Positions 62,456-64,000 of a stretch of 64,000 nucleotides of DNA are shown here, piece after piece. The stretch comes from Bilabrum cf. latius (lineage: Eukaryota): the NCBI GenBank assembly GCA_965178125.1, contig OZ237735.1, positions 1,426,001 through 1,490,000 of the forward strand, written 5' to 3'. A program made the translations under genes and the position numbers. The notes under the pieces were generated by a model that ran no database searches, was not told where the DNA came from, and saw only the letters and a list, made by a program, of their open reading frames with translations. Every line of letters begins with the position of its first letter. Position 1 is the stretch's first letter.

Positions 62456-64000
62456 TCATGAGCCACCGGTTGACGCAACGGTAGACACCGCTTCCCGCAA
62501 CGACGCTGCGGCAGCGAGGTTGTCTTGCGCTTCCTTTATCGTTATCCGTCTCCCTCGGGCCTCTGCTGCTGCGAGTAGGGTCGCTGTCGGCACGACAAGC
62601 TGCTTCTTGGCCGCCGCTGAAACGTGCTCGGCCACCGGCAGAGCAAGTGCTGCCTAGAGAGCGAGCGAGCGCACGCCACTGCCGGCACTACTCGCGCTCC
62701 CAGGCGCACTCTCAGCACCCGCCTAGGCATCCCCCGACCCCTCCTCTTCCTCCTCATCGATCCCGTGGATAGCCCTCACGAGGCACCTCGTGGCCTGCTC
62801 GGGGGAGCAGCCCGCCAGCGAGGCAGCCAGATCAGCTGCCCTGCCAAAGAGCTTCATGTTGGTCACGCTCAGATTGATCATGCGGTTGCCGAACACGCAG
62901 CCCTTGACAACGTGTGCGAGCGTGCTGACGCAGTTGAGCGCCAGCTTGGTCGCAAGGTCCTCCCCGCACGTGGGCAGCCGAGTAGGTGCTCCGGGTGAGC
63001 GAGCAGATGATGATCCATTGCTGACAGCATCCTCGGCAGCAGCACCCGCGCTAGATTTCTCTTTCTGCTTCGAGAATGAGTACAGCGCAATGTCTTGTTC
63101 GTCCGCATCGACCCTTAGCGTCACACGGGTTCGATCCGGGGAGGATCCGGTGCCAGCCGTACTGGCTCCACCAGCGGAAGCAGCCGTGCTGGCCCCACTG
63201 CTATCGCACACGACATCGATGGTGCATCGCTGGCACCCGCGAGCAACGGCTGCATCCACCACTGCTTGCGCAGCCCTGGGCAGCCTGATACCATCACTCG
63301 TCACACCTATCGCGTGTTCCCCGGCCACCAAATTCACATCGATCACCACGTCCTCCGGACCCATGGCAGGCAAATCCTCCCGAAGCACGGCCTCGGGCTC
63401 CACGATCGACCACCACCGCCTGGGCGCAGGTCCTGCCCCTGCCCCTGCCCCTACAGCTGTCTCCGCTCTTGTTGTTCTTGTGCCACTGTCGCCACCGGCT
63501 TGTTCTCCATCCTTGCCACCACTAATCAGCTCGCAGCTAGGGGCTAGCAGGCCCGGTGCCGCCATCCCGCCCGCACTCGTCACACCTGGATCCACCCAGC
63601 AGCACCACACGTCCCTGGCGGCTGCCCCGAAGGTCGGGGGGCACTCGCTGCTGTCCACGACACCCAGCAGCCCGGCTGTTCCCTGGGCCACGTAGAGCAC
63701 CCTAGCACCCGAGCGCAGAGCCCGGCCCGCCGCCCACGCCACCCTGGCTAGCCCCCCAACGTCGCTGTAGGCGGCATCCATCGCCATGCACTGCCGCTGG
63801 ACGAATCCGCGTAGCCAAGAGAGCGCCGCCCCTCCGGTTGCAACCTCGGCGGCGGGCCGGAGGGCGAGCATGGCCGCTGCTTCGAGGAGCATCTTGGTTG
63901 CGGTGCCGCCTTTCATCCTGGTGCTGCCGGTGACGGCCTCGGGCCCGACGACTGGGTTCAGGAGCACTTGCTCGGGGGCGGGCGTGCTCGCACTCGATCT
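62456..64000 (-). CDS. Glucokinase regulatory protein/MurQ-like double-SIS protein, 5' end outside the window
   Basis: LLNPVVGPEAVTGSTRMKGGTATK, DSSECPPTFGA and TKLALNCVSTLAHVVKGCVFGNRMINLSVTNMKLFGRA. Continues through two TAGs to TGA 62456. Confidence 0.85.

Noticed and set aside
1-64000. Mass pseudogenisation or sequencing error as the cause of broken ORFs
   Set aside because: Interruptions are exclusively TAG, never need frameshifts apart from canonical introns, hit essential genes such as cullin, and fall at Gln positions.
1-64000. Prokaryotic or phage origin, or pyrrolysine decoding of TAG
   Set aside because: Spliceosomal GT-AG introns and eukaryote-specific genes are present; no pyl genes are seen, and the repeat alignment points to Gln.

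Overview
Gene-dense, GC-rich, intron-poor nuclear DNA from a eukaryotic microbe. It is probably a flagellated protist (kintoun/PF13 is present); a stramenopile affinity is suggested by the cullin sequence but is only inference. Main result: the genome appears to use a non-standard code in which TAG is a sense codon for Gln while TGA and probably TAA remain stops. The fragmented ORF track is largely an artefact of this. Adjacent fragments are in frame, join at TAG codons, and several TAGs sit at conserved Gln positions. Read this way, the window holds 19 cellular genes plus a 5'-truncated CRE-type non-LTR retrotransposon that itself uses TAG=Gln. The genes are: DUF4062-NACHT NTPase, ACOT9-like thioesterase, mitochondrial-type S14, DMAC1-like, calmodulin-like, FkbH-like, MFSD13A-like, cullin, TIM50, CLU+TPR, a ~3,870-aa coiled-coil protein, C18orf32-like, APC5-like, TMEM181, a protein kinase, an ARM-repeat protein, a 7TM-INPP4 fusion, kintoun and GCKR/MurQ-like. 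Short GT-AG introns (73-133 nt) lie mostly near 5' ends. All family calls come from recalled motifs, not database searches.
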